Assembly: GCA_028692545.1 (NCBI GenBank)
Contig: JAQUXC010000003.1
Location: 47,827-111,826 of the forward strand
Source of the DNA: Patescibacteria group bacterium
GTDB lineage: Bacteria > Patescibacteriota > Patescibacteriia > UBA1558 > S5-K13
Length of the DNA: 64,000 nucleotides
Reading direction: 5' to 3'
Part shown: positions 51,372 through 60,790 of the stretch, piece by piece
Layout of the letters: the number at the start of each line of letters is the position of its first letter
Numbering within the stretch: the stretch's first letter is position 1
The notes under the pieces: generated by a model
The model's database searches: none
Told to the model about the DNA's origin: nothing
Seen by the model: only the letters and a program-made list of their open reading frames with translations
Translations under genes and position numbers: made by a program

Positions 51372-52670
51372 TTATTTTTTTAATGTAATTTTTTTATCCT
51401 TCAATATCAAATCACTCTTAAAACAACTCATCAGCTCTCTTTTTTCAATCATAGTCCCAGACCTTAAAATGTATTTAGCATAATCATTGATGCTAAATTT
51501 TTTTTGTTTTATTTCTTTGTTGTCTATTTCTACGAATCCTTTGTTGAATCTTGTATATCTTTGTAATTCTTCTTCAAATTGTTTTTGTATTCCTATATCA
51601 TCTATTTCTATTTTATCTACAATTTCTATAAGTTGTTTAATTAATTCTTCTTCTCGTATATATCCACCCTTACAAAATCTATTACTACTTCTAGTGCATC
51701 CATAGTATATATATTTAACAACTGATCCATCGCTTAGTTTTTTGAATTTTTCTTCTGCTGTAATTCCTGATCCACATAATCCGCATTTCATAAGTTTGGT
51801 AAATGCGAACTCTCTACAAACTTTATTTTCAATACTAAATGTATTGTATCTATCTCTTACTTTTATAAACAACTCTTTTGATATTATTGGATCATGTAAT
51901 CCTTTGTACCATTTATTACTTCCTATTGGATATTCAAATTCTCCATAATAAAATGTTTCATGAAGTATTTGAAAAATTGTACTAAGTGTTGGATTTTTTC
52001 CTTTTCTAGTTTTAAACCCAATTTCCATCAACCATTTTAATATTTTTTTACCACTAAAATTTTCATAAGCAACTCGCTCAAACATTTGTTTTATTATATG
52101 AGCTCTTTTAGGATCTAAAAATATTCTTTTGCTCCCTTTATCTCCATATTTATCATGAATATATCCAAGAGGTGGAGGAGATGGTCGCCATCCTTTTTCA
52201 CACTTTGCCCTCAAACCTCTTTGTACGTTTATGCTTTTATTATCGTTTTCTAATTTTGCTTGAGAACCTAGAATCATAAGAAGAAACTTTTCATTCGGAT
52301 TGTTGGTAAATTTTTGCCCATGTGTTTTTATTCCAACTAGTTTACCTTGATCCATTAAATCTACTATTCTTCCAAGGTCTCCTGCGTTTCTACTTAATCT
52401 ATCAGGAGCCCAGCATAGTATTCCTTGAAACATTCCGTTTTTTACATCTTCTAGTAATTGATTAAATACTGGTCTTTGTCCTGAGTCTTTTGCAGAATGA
52501 CTTTCCTTTCTAATCTCTGTAATTGTCATATTTTCCTTTATAGCCATTTCCATCATCTCCTTTATCTGAGAGTCTATTGAAAGGGCTTGTAATTCGTCCT
52601 GTTCTGTCGATTTACGAGCGTATAAACAGTATTTAACTGTTGAGTCGTCAAGCGTCGTTTTTGTGTCCAT
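51372..52670 (-). CDS. large serine recombinase (second copy, different sequence)
   Basis: LYARKSTEQDELQALSIDSQ catalytic region, recombinase domain, Cys ribbon CGLCG...YYGC; 432 aa. Confidence 0.85.
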   Translation of the reverse strand: MDTKTTLDDSTVKYCLYARKSTEQDELQALSIDSQIKEMMEMAIKENMTITEIRKESHSAKDSGQRPVFNQLLEDVKNGMFQGILCWAPDRLSRNAGDLGRIVDLMDQGKLVGIKTHGQKFTNNPNEKFLLMILGSQAKLENDNKSINVQRGLRAKCEKGWRPSPPPLGYIHDKYGDKGSKRIFLDPKRAHIIKQMFERVAYENFSGKKILKWLMEIGFKTRKGKNPTLSTIFQILHETFYYGEFEYPIGSNKWYKGLHDPIISKELFIKVRDRYNTFSIENKVCREFAFTKLMKCGLCGSGITAEEKFKKLSDGSVVKYIYYGCTRSSNRFCKGGYIREEELIKQLIEIVDKIEIDDIGIQKQFEEELQRYTRFNKGFVEIDNKEIKQKKFSINDYAKYILRSGTMIEKRELMSCFKSDLILKDKKITLKK

Positions 52671-52852
52671 ATCGTCATTTGTTACTTATTACATGGACAT
52701 TGATGACGCAGAACGGGTAGTAAGTCCAGTAGGTAAACTGTTGGTAACTCGACTTCATTAATGTTTATTTTTGAGCTATAATAAAAATGCGAAACCATAG
52801 AAGAAATTACGTGAAGATTTGTAAAAATCCTATTTTTACCTATTTGAGACAA

Positions 52853-52936
52853 GGCTCGGGCACACCGACCAAAACTCAAGTAGGGTCTTCACGGATACCT
52901 TTTGTGGTTTCGCAGGTCGGGTGTCCGTTTTTGTTT
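52853..52936. repeat. GC-rich long stem-loop followed by a T-run (structured element near the recombinase)
   Basis: ctcgggcacaccgacc ... ggtcgggtgtccg then tttttgtttt; ~45-nt loop; GC-rich in AT-rich intergenic DNA. Confidence 0.4.
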
Positions 52937-52974
52937 TATCGGACATTGATCATTTATAATTAATAAAAAAGAAA

Positions 52975-53484
52975 ATGGACAATCAAGAAAAAACAAAGAA
53001 GAAGTTTTATAAAAAATGGTGGTTCTGGGTAATTGTAGTAATTGTTATTATGACCATTACAAATTCTGATGATAATAAAGTGAAAAAGGTAGTAGAACCT
53101 ATAATACAAGAGAAACAAGAGGATTTAAAATTTACATTTGACGTCCCTTCTTTAATTGGTAAAAATATTGATGAAATAAAAATTATATTAGGTGAACCAT
53201 ATAATGATTCAGAACCTACAGAGTTACAATTAGAAACGGGAATTGATGAGTGGAGCAAAACTTTTAGAAAGAACAATTTTGATCTTTTAGTTACCTATAA
53301 TCCAAAGACTAAAACAGTAATTGATTTTTTTATTCCAACAAATGACTCATCTGGAGCTACAAATAATACAGATTCACTATTAATAGTTGGAAACTTAAAA
53401 AAGAATAGTCTAGACTATAAAGTAGAAAATGTAAAAGCAATCAAAGATCCAAATATTTTTACTGGCATTATAGTTACCTATTAG
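52975..53484 (+). CDS. hypothetical membrane-anchored protein
   Basis: 169 aa, N-terminal TM (WWFWVIVVIVIMTI). Confidence 0.4.
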   Translation: MDNQEKTKKKFYKKWWFWVIVVIVIMTITNSDDNKVKKVVEPIIQEKQEDLKFTFDVPSLIGKNIDEIKIILGEPYNDSEPTELQLETGIDEWSKTFRKNNFDLLVTYNPKTKTVIDFFIPTNDSSGATNNTDSLLIVGNLKKNSLDYKVENVKAIKDPNIFTGIIVTY

Positions 53485-53547
53485 TATATAAAAACTGGTA
53501 TCTTAAAAAGAGCATTAGATTTTTGACCAACGCTCTTTTAAGGTTTT

Positions 53548-54018
53548 TTAATTACTGATATCATTCATATCATTTTTTTCATTAGTATTATTTATAGCTG
53601 TTGAAGATTTTCTTGCGCGATCAAAGAGATCTCTTAACATTTGAGTTTGTCTATCTATTTCTGCATGTCTTTCCATTTTTAATTTTTCTATTTCATCTTT
53701 CAATTTGTTTATCTTGAAACTAGAATTCAAATTGTTTTTTCTGTATTTAGGATGATTATTTATAAGCCAGAATATAGAGGATTTTAAATCACCGTCTTTA
53801 ATTTTGTTCATTATAGTAGACTCAGCTAGTTCATTTATTATAGGTATGCTTATTTTTCTAGCCTCATTACATTTTTTACTAAATTTTTTATCAGACTGTT
53901 TCCATCTATAATAAGTACCTCTCTGTATAGCGAGTTTTGTACATGCTACTTGAATAATTGGATTTGATTCCAATTCTTCTATAATCTTCTTTTTAAGTTG
54001 AACTTGATTCGGGATCAT
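53548..54018 (-). CDS. small helix-turn-helix protein (phage terminase small subunit-like or regulator)
   Basis: VACTKLAIQRGTYYRWKQ HTH; 156 aa; overlaps the upstream methylase gene by 26 nt. Confidence 0.4.
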   Translation of the reverse strand: MIPNQVQLKKKIIEELESNPIIQVACTKLAIQRGTYYRWKQSDKKFSKKCNEARKISIPIINELAESTIMNKIKDGDLKSSIFWLINNHPKYRKNNLNSSFKINKLKDEIEKLKMERHAEIDRQTQMLRDLFDRARKSSTAINNTNEKNDMNDISN

Positions 54019-55360
54019 ATAATTTTACCCTTCTCCCACCGAATGCCCTTTCCCATCTGTTAATTATTACTTCTGCATAGATAGGAGATTTTTCCATCAA
54101 GAAACATCTCCTACTTAATTTATTTGCTGCGATTAAAGTACTACCGCTTCCTCCAAATGGCTCTAAAACTAGTTGATCTCTTTTTGTAAGAACTTTAATA
54201 TACGGAATTAATATTTCTACAGGTTTTGTTCCAAATATTATTCCTTGTCCTGACGACTTTTCATCCGATGCACGATACTCGATAAAGTCTGTAGGACAGT
54301 ACTTCTTTCCTTTTTCGTAGCTTTCCCACTGTGGTTTCCCCGCAATTGCAAAAAGTGCTGTTTCGTATTCATTTTGAAGTCCCTCGCCCTCATCTTCTAA
54401 ATTGTATTCAATATCAGTATCAGAAGAACCAACGACCGCTATGTCATATTTGTTAAAGAATTTGTACTTAGCTGAGAATCCCTGCATCCTATTGTTTAAG
54501 TGCCACACTAACATGTTTTTTATCTTCCAGTATTTTGCCATTTCATTCCATATGGTCATAATATTCTTCCAATTTTCATAAACTATGATACTAAAATTTT
54601 CATTAGCAACTTTACTAACATTTCCCATCCAAAGCTCTGTAAAATTATCAGGAAGTGATTCTGTTTCTAAATATCTTCTATTTTTCTTTGCTCCGAACCC
54701 GACTGTCGCTTCTCCATGTCTAGTTTTACCTTGTAAATAATTTAGAATATATGGCGGATCTGTTAGACAAAAGTCCGCCTTTTCATTTCCCATTAGTTTC
54801 ATCATATCTTCCTCTATAGTGGAGTCTCCACACATTATTTTTGAATCACCCAAGGCATACACATCTCCTTTTTGAACAGTGATTTCTGTTATGTTTAATT
54901 TTTTCAATTCGTTTTCTATATTAAATATTTCTTCCTTTCCTGTTTCTATGTCAAATATTTTATCTAGATCCAAGCTGTCAAAACCTATATCCGTGAGAAA
55001 GTTAGGATCAAATTTTGATAATAAGTCATAATCAAATTCACCTTGATTTTTGTTTAATCTAATATTTAGCTCTTTTTCTTTTTCAATGTCTGGAATGTTG
55101 ATATATACCACTGGTAGAGTATCAATTCCTAGTTCCATTGCTACAGCGTACCTAAAATGTCCGCCGATCAGAACATTGTGTCTTTCTGGAAAGGAATTGC
55201 ATATAAACGGATCTACTAGTCCGAATCTCGTAATACTTTCTTTTAGTTGATTAAATTGTTCTTTACTCCACTTACGTGGATTTTCTGTATTGAGTTTTAG
55301 TTCTTCAATAGGAACTTGTGTTATTTGGATTTTCTCCAAAATTTCTTTGTCTTGCGACAT
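53993..55360 (-). CDS. ParB-like nuclease domain fused to DNA methyltransferase (orphan, phage-type)
   Basis: N-terminal ParB/Srx-like VLIGGHFRYAVAMELG; MTase motif IV CLTDPPYILNY and motif I LEPFGGSGSTLIAA; 455 aa. Confidence 0.8.
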   Translation of the reverse strand: MSQDKEILEKIQITQVPIEELKLNTENPRKWSKEQFNQLKESITRFGLVDPFICNSFPERHNVLIGGHFRYAVAMELGIDTLPVVYINIPDIEKEKELNIRLNKNQGEFDYDLLSKFDPNFLTDIGFDSLDLDKIFDIETGKEEIFNIENELKKLNITEITVQKGDVYALGDSKIMCGDSTIEEDMMKLMGNEKADFCLTDPPYILNYLQGKTRHGEATVGFGAKKNRRYLETESLPDNFTELWMGNVSKVANENFSIIVYENWKNIMTIWNEMAKYWKIKNMLVWHLNNRMQGFSAKYKFFNKYDIAVVGSSDTDIEYNLEDEGEGLQNEYETALFAIAGKPQWESYEKGKKYCPTDFIEYRASDEKSSGQGIIFGTKPVEILIPYIKVLTKRDQLVLEPFGGSGSTLIAANKLSRRCFLMEKSPIYAEVIINRWERAFGGRRVKLYDPESSST

Positions 55361-55412
55361 ATTTTTTTCTTTCCCTGTTTAATATTTCTATTAAACTTAA
55401 TTCTTAAATAAA

Positions 55413-55482
55413 AAACACCTGTTTAAACAAACCAAAAAAAGATTGCTTGTTTCCTTTCATTGTTTTGTTTAAACAGGTGTTT
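55413..55482. repeat. perfect 18-bp inverted repeat (each arm contains the palindrome TGTTTAAACA); terminator/operator candidate
   Basis: aaacacctgtttaaacaa (55413-30) and ttgtttaaacaggtgttt (55465-82), 34-bp spacer. On the minus strand it is followed by ttttt, so it can terminate the DUF2188 transcript. Confidence 0.5.
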
Positions 55483-55554
55483 CAAATATATTTTATTTAA
55501 ATACCTATTCTTATTAGTTTTATTTTTTTAAAGAACAAGAGGCATTTTGAACTT

Positions 55555-55788
55555 TTATTTTTTTCTATCTTTTGGTGGACATGGATCATTTCCATAACTA
55601 TCCTTGTCTATAATTTTATTATCCTTACCATGGATAACTAATTCAGACTTATTATTTTGGGCTAGTTCTCTTGCTATTGATAATGCATCTTTTTGAGTAG
55701 AGTGTAGTGATGATGCTTTTTTATCTCCCTCTCCAATGACAGCCCAATCTCCGTTTATTCTATGAGTTACATGGATGTTTTTGCTCAC
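55555..55788 (-). CDS. DUF2188-family small protein
   Basis: HVTHRINGDWAVIGEGDKKASSLHSTQKDALSIARELAQNNKSELVIHGKDNKIIDKDSYGNDPCPPKD closely follows the DUF2188 consensus. Confidence 0.7.
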   Translation of the reverse strand: MSKNIHVTHRINGDWAVIGEGDKKASSLHSTQKDALSIARELAQNNKSELVIHGKDNKIIDKDSYGNDPCPPKDRKK

Positions 55789-55917
55789 TGCTTTATATTA
55801 ATGATTAACTATAGTCAGTATAGCAAATCTATATTCTCTGTCAAGTATTAAGGAAAAGCTTGACAAATTATTATATAATACTGTATAATTATTTTATAAA
55901 TAATAATTTTTAAAAAT

Positions 55918-56550
55918 ATGCATAAAATTCAAAAAGATATTTTAAATTTAGCTAATGATAAAAATCTAGCAAAGATGTCGCTTAGAGAAATTAGCAATGC
56001 AGTAGGAGAAGGGGATGCACCACAAAAAATAAAACACCATTTAGAACAGCTAGAGAAAAAAGGACTTTTAAGAATTTTAAAAGAAAAAGGAGAGACGGTC
56101 AAATTACAAGGTGGCAAATCACTAAATAGTAATTTAATAGCTATTCCTATTCTTGGATCAGCTAACTGTGGAGATGCAACAATTATTGCAGAAGATAAAA
56201 TAGAGGGTTACTTAAGAGTATCTCCTAAGATTTTTAATAAATCAAAAAATGTTTTTGCAATAAAGGCTATTGGAGATTCTATGAACATGGCAAAAATAGG
56301 AAAAGATCAAGATTCTATAAATGATGGAGATTATGTTATTGTTGACCATTCAATACAAGAACCAAAAGATGGAGATTATATAGTTTCAGTAATTGATGGT
56401 TTGGCAAATATAAAGAAATATAATTTTAGAGATAATACAATAATTTTAAAATCAGAATCAAAAAGAGACTATCCACCTATTTATATTCATGAAGATGATA
56501 TTGGTAATTATACAGTTGCAGGTAGAGTTGTTAAGGTTATAAAGAGTTAA
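55918..56550 (+). CDS. lexA: LexA-like repressor (winged-helix + S24 peptidase)
   Basis: C-terminal AIKAIGDSMNMAKI (Ser nucleophile) and a downstream Lys; N-terminal DNA-binding wing; 210 aa. Confidence 0.8.
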   Translation: MHKIQKDILNLANDKNLAKMSLREISNAVGEGDAPQKIKHHLEQLEKKGLLRILKEKGETVKLQGGKSLNSNLIAIPILGSANCGDATIIAEDKIEGYLRVSPKIFNKSKNVFAIKAIGDSMNMAKIGKDQDSINDGDYVIVDHSIQEPKDGDYIVSVIDGLANIKKYNFRDNTIILKSESKRDYPPIYIHEDDIGNYTVAGRVVKVIKS

Positions 56551-56616
56551 TTAATTTTACATAATTTGTATTATTTTTAAAAATAAGTTATTATAAAAAT
56601 AACAATTGAATAGTTT

Positions 56617-56755
56617 TAGTTTATCAAGAGTGACGGTTAGGGTTCTGGCCCAATGATCCGTCCGACAGCCCTTAAGGTTGATATCTTAAGAAGGTGCCAA
56701 TTCCAGCCCAGTTTGGGAAAAGATAAAGATCGATTTTTTGTTTGATAAAACAAAA
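56617..56755 (+). promoter_or_regulatory. SAM-I (S-box) riboswitch upstream of metK
   Basis: tttatcaagag-tgacggttagggttctggcccaatgatccgtccgacagccc-ttaaggttgatatcttaagaaggtgccaattccagccc matches the S-box core (TTATCAAGAG..GGA..TGGCCC.ATGA..C..GCAACC/GGTGC.AATTCC). Confidence 0.8.
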
Positions 56756-56758
56756 TAG

Positions 56759-56789
56759 CTCTTTCCAAAACTGGTAAGAGATTTTTTTA
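56759..56789 (+). terminator. riboswitch expression-platform terminator
   Basis: ctctt-tccaaaactggt-aagag + atttttttat. Confidence 0.6.
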
Positions 56790-56806
56790 TTATTAACAAC
56801 AAAATT

Positions 56807-57745
56807 ATGATTAAAACAGCAGAGTTTGTAAGTCCAAAACATCCAGATAAAATCTGTGACTTTATTGCTGACAGTATTCTAGATGCTTACTTAGAAAATG
56901 ATAAAGATAGCAGAGTGGCAATAGAAGTAATGGGTGGACATAAATTAATAACAATAAATGGAGAAGTGACTTCAAAATCAAAACCAAATATTGAAAGTAT
57001 TGTAAAAAATATAGTAGGAAATGATTATAAGATAATTTCAAACATAGTTTTACAAAGTTTATCAATTTCTCAAGGTGTAGATATTGGTGGTGCAGGAGAT
57101 CAGGGGATTATGAAAGGTTATGCAACAAATGAAACAGAAATATATTTGCCACTTGAATATGTTCTTGCTAGAAATTTGTGTCAAAAGGTATTTGAAATTT
57201 ATCCATATGATGGCAAAACACAAGTTACAATAAAAGACAACGAAGTTCTCACTGTTGTTGTGAGTTTTCAAAATACAAAAAATGATAAACTTTTAGAATT
57301 AGTAAAAGAAATAATTAAAGCAGATGAATATCTAATAAATCCATCAGGTGAGTGGACTCAAGGCGGATTTGATGCAGACACAGGACTTTCTGGAAGAAAG
57401 CTTGTTGTAGATAATTATGGCCCAGAGATAGCTATTGGTGGTGGATCTTTTTCTGGTAAAGATTATACAAAAGTTGATAGAAGTGGTGCATATATGGCAA
57501 GAAAAATTGCTGTTGATTTATTAAAGAAAAATAATGCAAAAGAAGTTTACACAAAACTTGCTTATGCAATAGGAAAAAGTAATCCAGTAATGGCTGTAGC
57601 TATTATAGATGGAGTAGAGCAAGAAATTACAGGTTATGATCTCAGTCCAATGGGAATACGTAAATGTCTAAAATTAGATGAAATAAAATTCGTAGATACT
57701 TGCACTTGGGGACATTTTGGAGGAGATTTTGAGTGGGATAAATAA
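56807..57745 (+). CDS. metK: S-adenosylmethionine synthetase (compact, 312 aa)
   Basis: EFVSPKHPDKICDFIADSILDAYL; GGGSFSGKDYTKVDRSGAYMAR; C-terminal TCTWGHFGG; shorter than typical MetK. Confidence 0.9.
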   Translation: MIKTAEFVSPKHPDKICDFIADSILDAYLENDKDSRVAIEVMGGHKLITINGEVTSKSKPNIESIVKNIVGNDYKIISNIVLQSLSISQGVDIGGAGDQGIMKGYATNETEIYLPLEYVLARNLCQKVFEIYPYDGKTQVTIKDNEVLTVVVSFQNTKNDKLLELVKEIIKADEYLINPSGEWTQGGFDADTGLSGRKLVVDNYGPEIAIGGGSFSGKDYTKVDRSGAYMARKIAVDLLKKNNAKEVYTKLAYAIGKSNPVMAVAIIDGVEQEITGYDLSPMGIRKCLKLDEIKFVDTCTWGHFGGDFEWDK

Positions 57746-57768
57746 AATAGTAATTAATAATAAATTTT

Positions 57769-58515
57769 ATGTATGATACAAGAATTAATTTAGCAGAAGA
57801 AAGTAATGGAGAAGATATAAATAAAGAACATCCTAAAGTTTTTCCATATATTGTCACAAAGCTAATGCTTGGTGCTTATCATATTATAGTATTGCCTAGA
57901 GCAAGAGAAGAGGATTTGTTGCGTATGACACATGTTCAATATTTATTGAATGATTTAGAAACTTGTCTAGTTTTAGCTGAAAAAGATTCAATATTTTTTG
58001 ATAAGAATGGTAAAAGAAGAGCTGACTTTAGACCGTCAGGAGGAGCTTTATTTATAAATAGATTAGAACCATTTATGTCAAATGAGGATTCAAAAGAAAT
58101 TGATCCAACTTTTTGGATAAGATGTGAAATAGTAAGGCAGCGCTATGTGGCTCAAGGCGACATGAATAAATGGCTTTTTATAAATCCAACAAAAGGAGGA
58201 AGATATGCCACAAAAGAAGAGTTAATAGAGTTTAGAAAGCCAAATATTAAATATAAAGGTGTTCCGAATGGTCTTATTAGATGTGATAAGTGTTTCCAAT
58301 TTAAGGGACAATGTTTGGATCCAAGTGAGAAATATTATAAAGGATTAATACAGACAGTGCATTGTAAATGTGATAATGAAAATAGGTGTGCACATTGCTT
58401 GAAACTTCTTTATGAATATAAACTGTATGCCAATTATTATAATGAGAAAGATAATAGCGTTTGGTATGTTTCAGGACTACAGGGATTTACTCATAAATGT
58501 CCAATTGTTTTATAG
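57769..58515 (+). CDS. hypothetical protein with Cys-rich C-terminal zinc-binding-like region
   Basis: 248 aa; CDKCFQFKGQC...HCKCDNENRCAHC. Confidence 0.4.
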   Translation: MYDTRINLAEESNGEDINKEHPKVFPYIVTKLMLGAYHIIVLPRAREEDLLRMTHVQYLLNDLETCLVLAEKDSIFFDKNGKRRADFRPSGGALFINRLEPFMSNEDSKEIDPTFWIRCEIVRQRYVAQGDMNKWLFINPTKGGRYATKEELIEFRKPNIKYKGVPNGLIRCDKCFQFKGQCLDPSEKYYKGLIQTVHCKCDNENRCAHCLKLLYEYKLYANYYNEKDNSVWYVSGLQGFTHKCPIVL

Positions 58516-58578
58516 CTTGATTTGGGTATTTTAGAGGTGTAAGATTAGAGTATAATTATTTACTAATAATTAAAATTT

Positions 58579-59049
58579 ATGAAAAAAGAAATAAAAGAAA
58601 AATTACCTGCGGTTATTATTTTTTTAATTTTATTAGCTTCGTTTATAGCTTATTGGTGGTTTTTGTTTAATAATACTAACAAAACAAAATCATTAGACGA
58701 AACAAATCAAAGTCAAGTTGAATACAATATTGCGTTTGATGAAATGATAAAAGAAACGCAAATAAAGAGAGAATATCATTCCACAATATCTGATGAGCAA
58801 AAACTAAAAGGGATTTGTGATCAAGAAATGATTCCTGCTATGTATGCAAGCGATTGTTATTTTCTTGAATTTAAAGATTGTAATAAATTTGGTGGTGGAA
58901 TAATTCCTAAATCTGAATTAGAAAAATGTTTACCAATTTACCTAAAAGAAGCAATAAATCCTATTGATGCTTTTTTCAATTTATCACCAAATGAACCTAA
59001 AGTTACTGATCCTAACGCAGAACCTATTAAAATTGAAAGAAAACAATAA
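58579..59049 (+). CDS. hypothetical membrane-anchored protein
   Basis: 156 aa, N-terminal TM. Confidence 0.35.
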   Translation: MKKEIKEKLPAVIIFLILLASFIAYWWFLFNNTNKTKSLDETNQSQVEYNIAFDEMIKETQIKREYHSTISDEQKLKGICDQEMIPAMYASDCYFLEFKDCNKFGGGIIPKSELEKCLPIYLKEAINPIDAFFNLSPNEPKVTDPNAEPIKIERKQ

Positions 59050-59182
59050 TAATAACTTAATATTATAGTAAATCTAAATTTGTTGTTTACAAAAGAAGGT
59101 AATGACAAAAGAATCATAAATGAATTATTTCAATACGAAAATTGGTCTATTATAAATAAATATAAAAATTAATTTTAAAAAT

Positions 59183-59623
59183 ATGAAAAAATTAAACAGA
59201 AAAAAAATCATATTATTTATTGTTTCAATATTTATTATAATATTTTTGATTTATATATGTTTTAGAGTTTTTGATTTAAAAATAGATGATACATATTTTG
59301 TAGAGAAAAAAATAAGAAAAGATTTTGAAGTTGCTTCTAAATATTTAGTAACAGGTGATTGTGAATCGTTTAATGATTATTTATACAATAAATCTATTGA
59401 TTTTTGTTATAGATTTAAATCAACAGAGGGATCTTCTGCCTCAGAGGTAATTAATTTAAAAAGTTTTAAATTAAAAGATTTGACATATAAATCAGAAAAT
59501 AAAATAGCTTTTTTAAATATAGATGTTGTACTTTCTGGATTACAAGAAAGTCATTCTATTACAATGAATGGACAAATGATAAAAGATGGTTCTATATGGA
59601 AAATTAGTAAATTAGAATATTAA
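59183..59623 (+). CDS. hypothetical membrane-anchored protein
   Basis: 146 aa, N-terminal TM. Confidence 0.35.
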   Translation: MKKLNRKKIILFIVSIFIIIFLIYICFRVFDLKIDDTYFVEKKIRKDFEVASKYLVTGDCESFNDYLYNKSIDFCYRFKSTEGSSASEVINLKSFKLKDLTYKSENKIAFLNIDVVLSGLQESHSITMNGQMIKDGSIWKISKLEY

Positions 59624-59639
59624 TATTTAATAAAAATAT

Positions 59640-60299
59640 ATGAAAGAATTTTTTACTTTAAAAAAGAGCAAAACATCTGTAGGAAGGTTTTTAATTTTAG
59701 GTATTTCGTGGTTAGTATTATTAATAAGTTGTATGTTTCTAATATACACATTCAAAGATTATAAATATTCAGAATTTTTATTAGCACTTTCTTTGCTTAT
59801 AGTATTCTATTGCTTGTATATAATATTTTACAAAAAAAATTGGATAAACACTGTAGCAAAATTCATATTTATTATTTTGTTGTCTTTATATATTTTTATT
59901 GTAATATCATTTCCATTGTATATATTTAGAGAAGCTTCTATTACTCCATTAGAATTTATAATATTACTACTTTTAATTGTTTCAATGATTATATATTTGT
60001 ATTGGAAACAACTCGTGTTATTTTTTAAAGAAATTTCAACGCTAAAAAAAGAAAACAAAAAGTTATATTTTGTAATTATGATGATTTCGATTGTTGTTAT
60101 TTATGCTCTTTATAATTGGTTTAGAATATATAGAAATTTATATATGCTTGATACGATTGCTCTCGATTGGAATATTGATCCAGCTGAATTAGACCATGTT
60201 ACTGCGTATAGTTTTGTATTTAAAAAAATAGCATTATTTGCTGGTATTATATTTTCAAGCACATTTCTTATACTTAAATCATTAGAAGAAAGGAAATAA
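59640..60299 (+). CDS. hypothetical polytopic membrane protein
   Basis: 219 aa, multiple TM helices. Confidence 0.4.
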   Translation: MKEFFTLKKSKTSVGRFLILGISWLVLLISCMFLIYTFKDYKYSEFLLALSLLIVFYCLYIIFYKKNWINTVAKFIFIILLSLYIFIVISFPLYIFREASITPLEFIILLLLIVSMIIYLYWKQLVLFFKEISTLKKENKKLYFVIMMISIVVIYALYNWFRIYRNLYMLDTIALDWNIDPAELDHVTAYSFVFKKIALFAGIIFSSTFLILKSLEERK

Positions 60300-60303
60300 A
60301 TAT

Positions 60304-60480
60304 ATGGATATAAAAGAATTTGCAAAGATGGGTGGAGAAGCATCTTGGAAAGCAAGATTTGGTGGAAAAACAAAAGAAGAAGTATCTGAAATGATGAGAA
60401 AACTAAGATATAGTAAGAAAGGTGAAGAATCTCATAAAAAATTTAAAGAAGCTATGTTAGAAGAAACAAAAAATGCTTAA
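60304..60480 (+). CDS. small KGG-repeat-like stress protein (58 aa), not in the ORF track (<60 aa)
   Basis: MDIKEFAKMGGEASWKARFGGKTKEEVSEMMRKLRYSKKGEESHKKFKEAM resembles the stress-induced KGG motif family (GGEAS...KGGE.SH). Confidence 0.4.
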   Translation: MDIKEFAKMGGEASWKARFGGKTKEEVSEMMRKLRYSKKGEESHKKFKEAMLEETKNA

Positions 60481-60790
60481 TAAATAATTAAATAAATAAA
60501 CTGGCATTAAATAATTACAAATGGACGCTGAAAAAAAGAGTATATAGTTAAAAGAAAAAAAGATTGTTATGAACTTGAAACTTCGGAAAGAAAAAATGGA
60601 ATAATGTAGAAGATAGTTATTATGATGAGGAAAATGATGCCTGTAGTGTTAGATACACAGACTAGAAATGGAGAGATGGAGACCCTAATTCTTGCCCTGA
60701 TGGGTATATTAGTATATTTAGCACCAGTACTAAAACCTGCACAATTGATAAATATTTTACAAAAGAATTTTAAAAAAATATAAATAAAAT

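Larger units (their letters stand above)
51372..55482. mobile_element. putative second mobile/phage-derived module (serine recombinase, HTH protein, ParB-N::methyltransferase); boundaries uncertain
   Basis: Recombinase gene; 10-bp direct repeats ggacattgat at 52695..52704 and 52941..52950; phage-like orphan methylase and small HTH protein. Confidence 0.3.

Noticed and set aside
52682-52879. 65-aa minus-strand ORF in the intergenic region after recombinase 2
   Set aside because: It overlaps the GC-rich stem-loop and repeat region, has no start context and has a Cys/Arg-rich odd composition. The region is more likely non-coding structure.
55789-55917. Possible LexA/SOS box upstream of lexA (tactgtataat, ctata-gtcag-tatag)
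   Set aside because: Only a half-site-like CTGT element and a weak palindrome are present. No full CTGT-N8-ACAG or CGAAC-N4-GTTCG box is evident, so no operator call was made.
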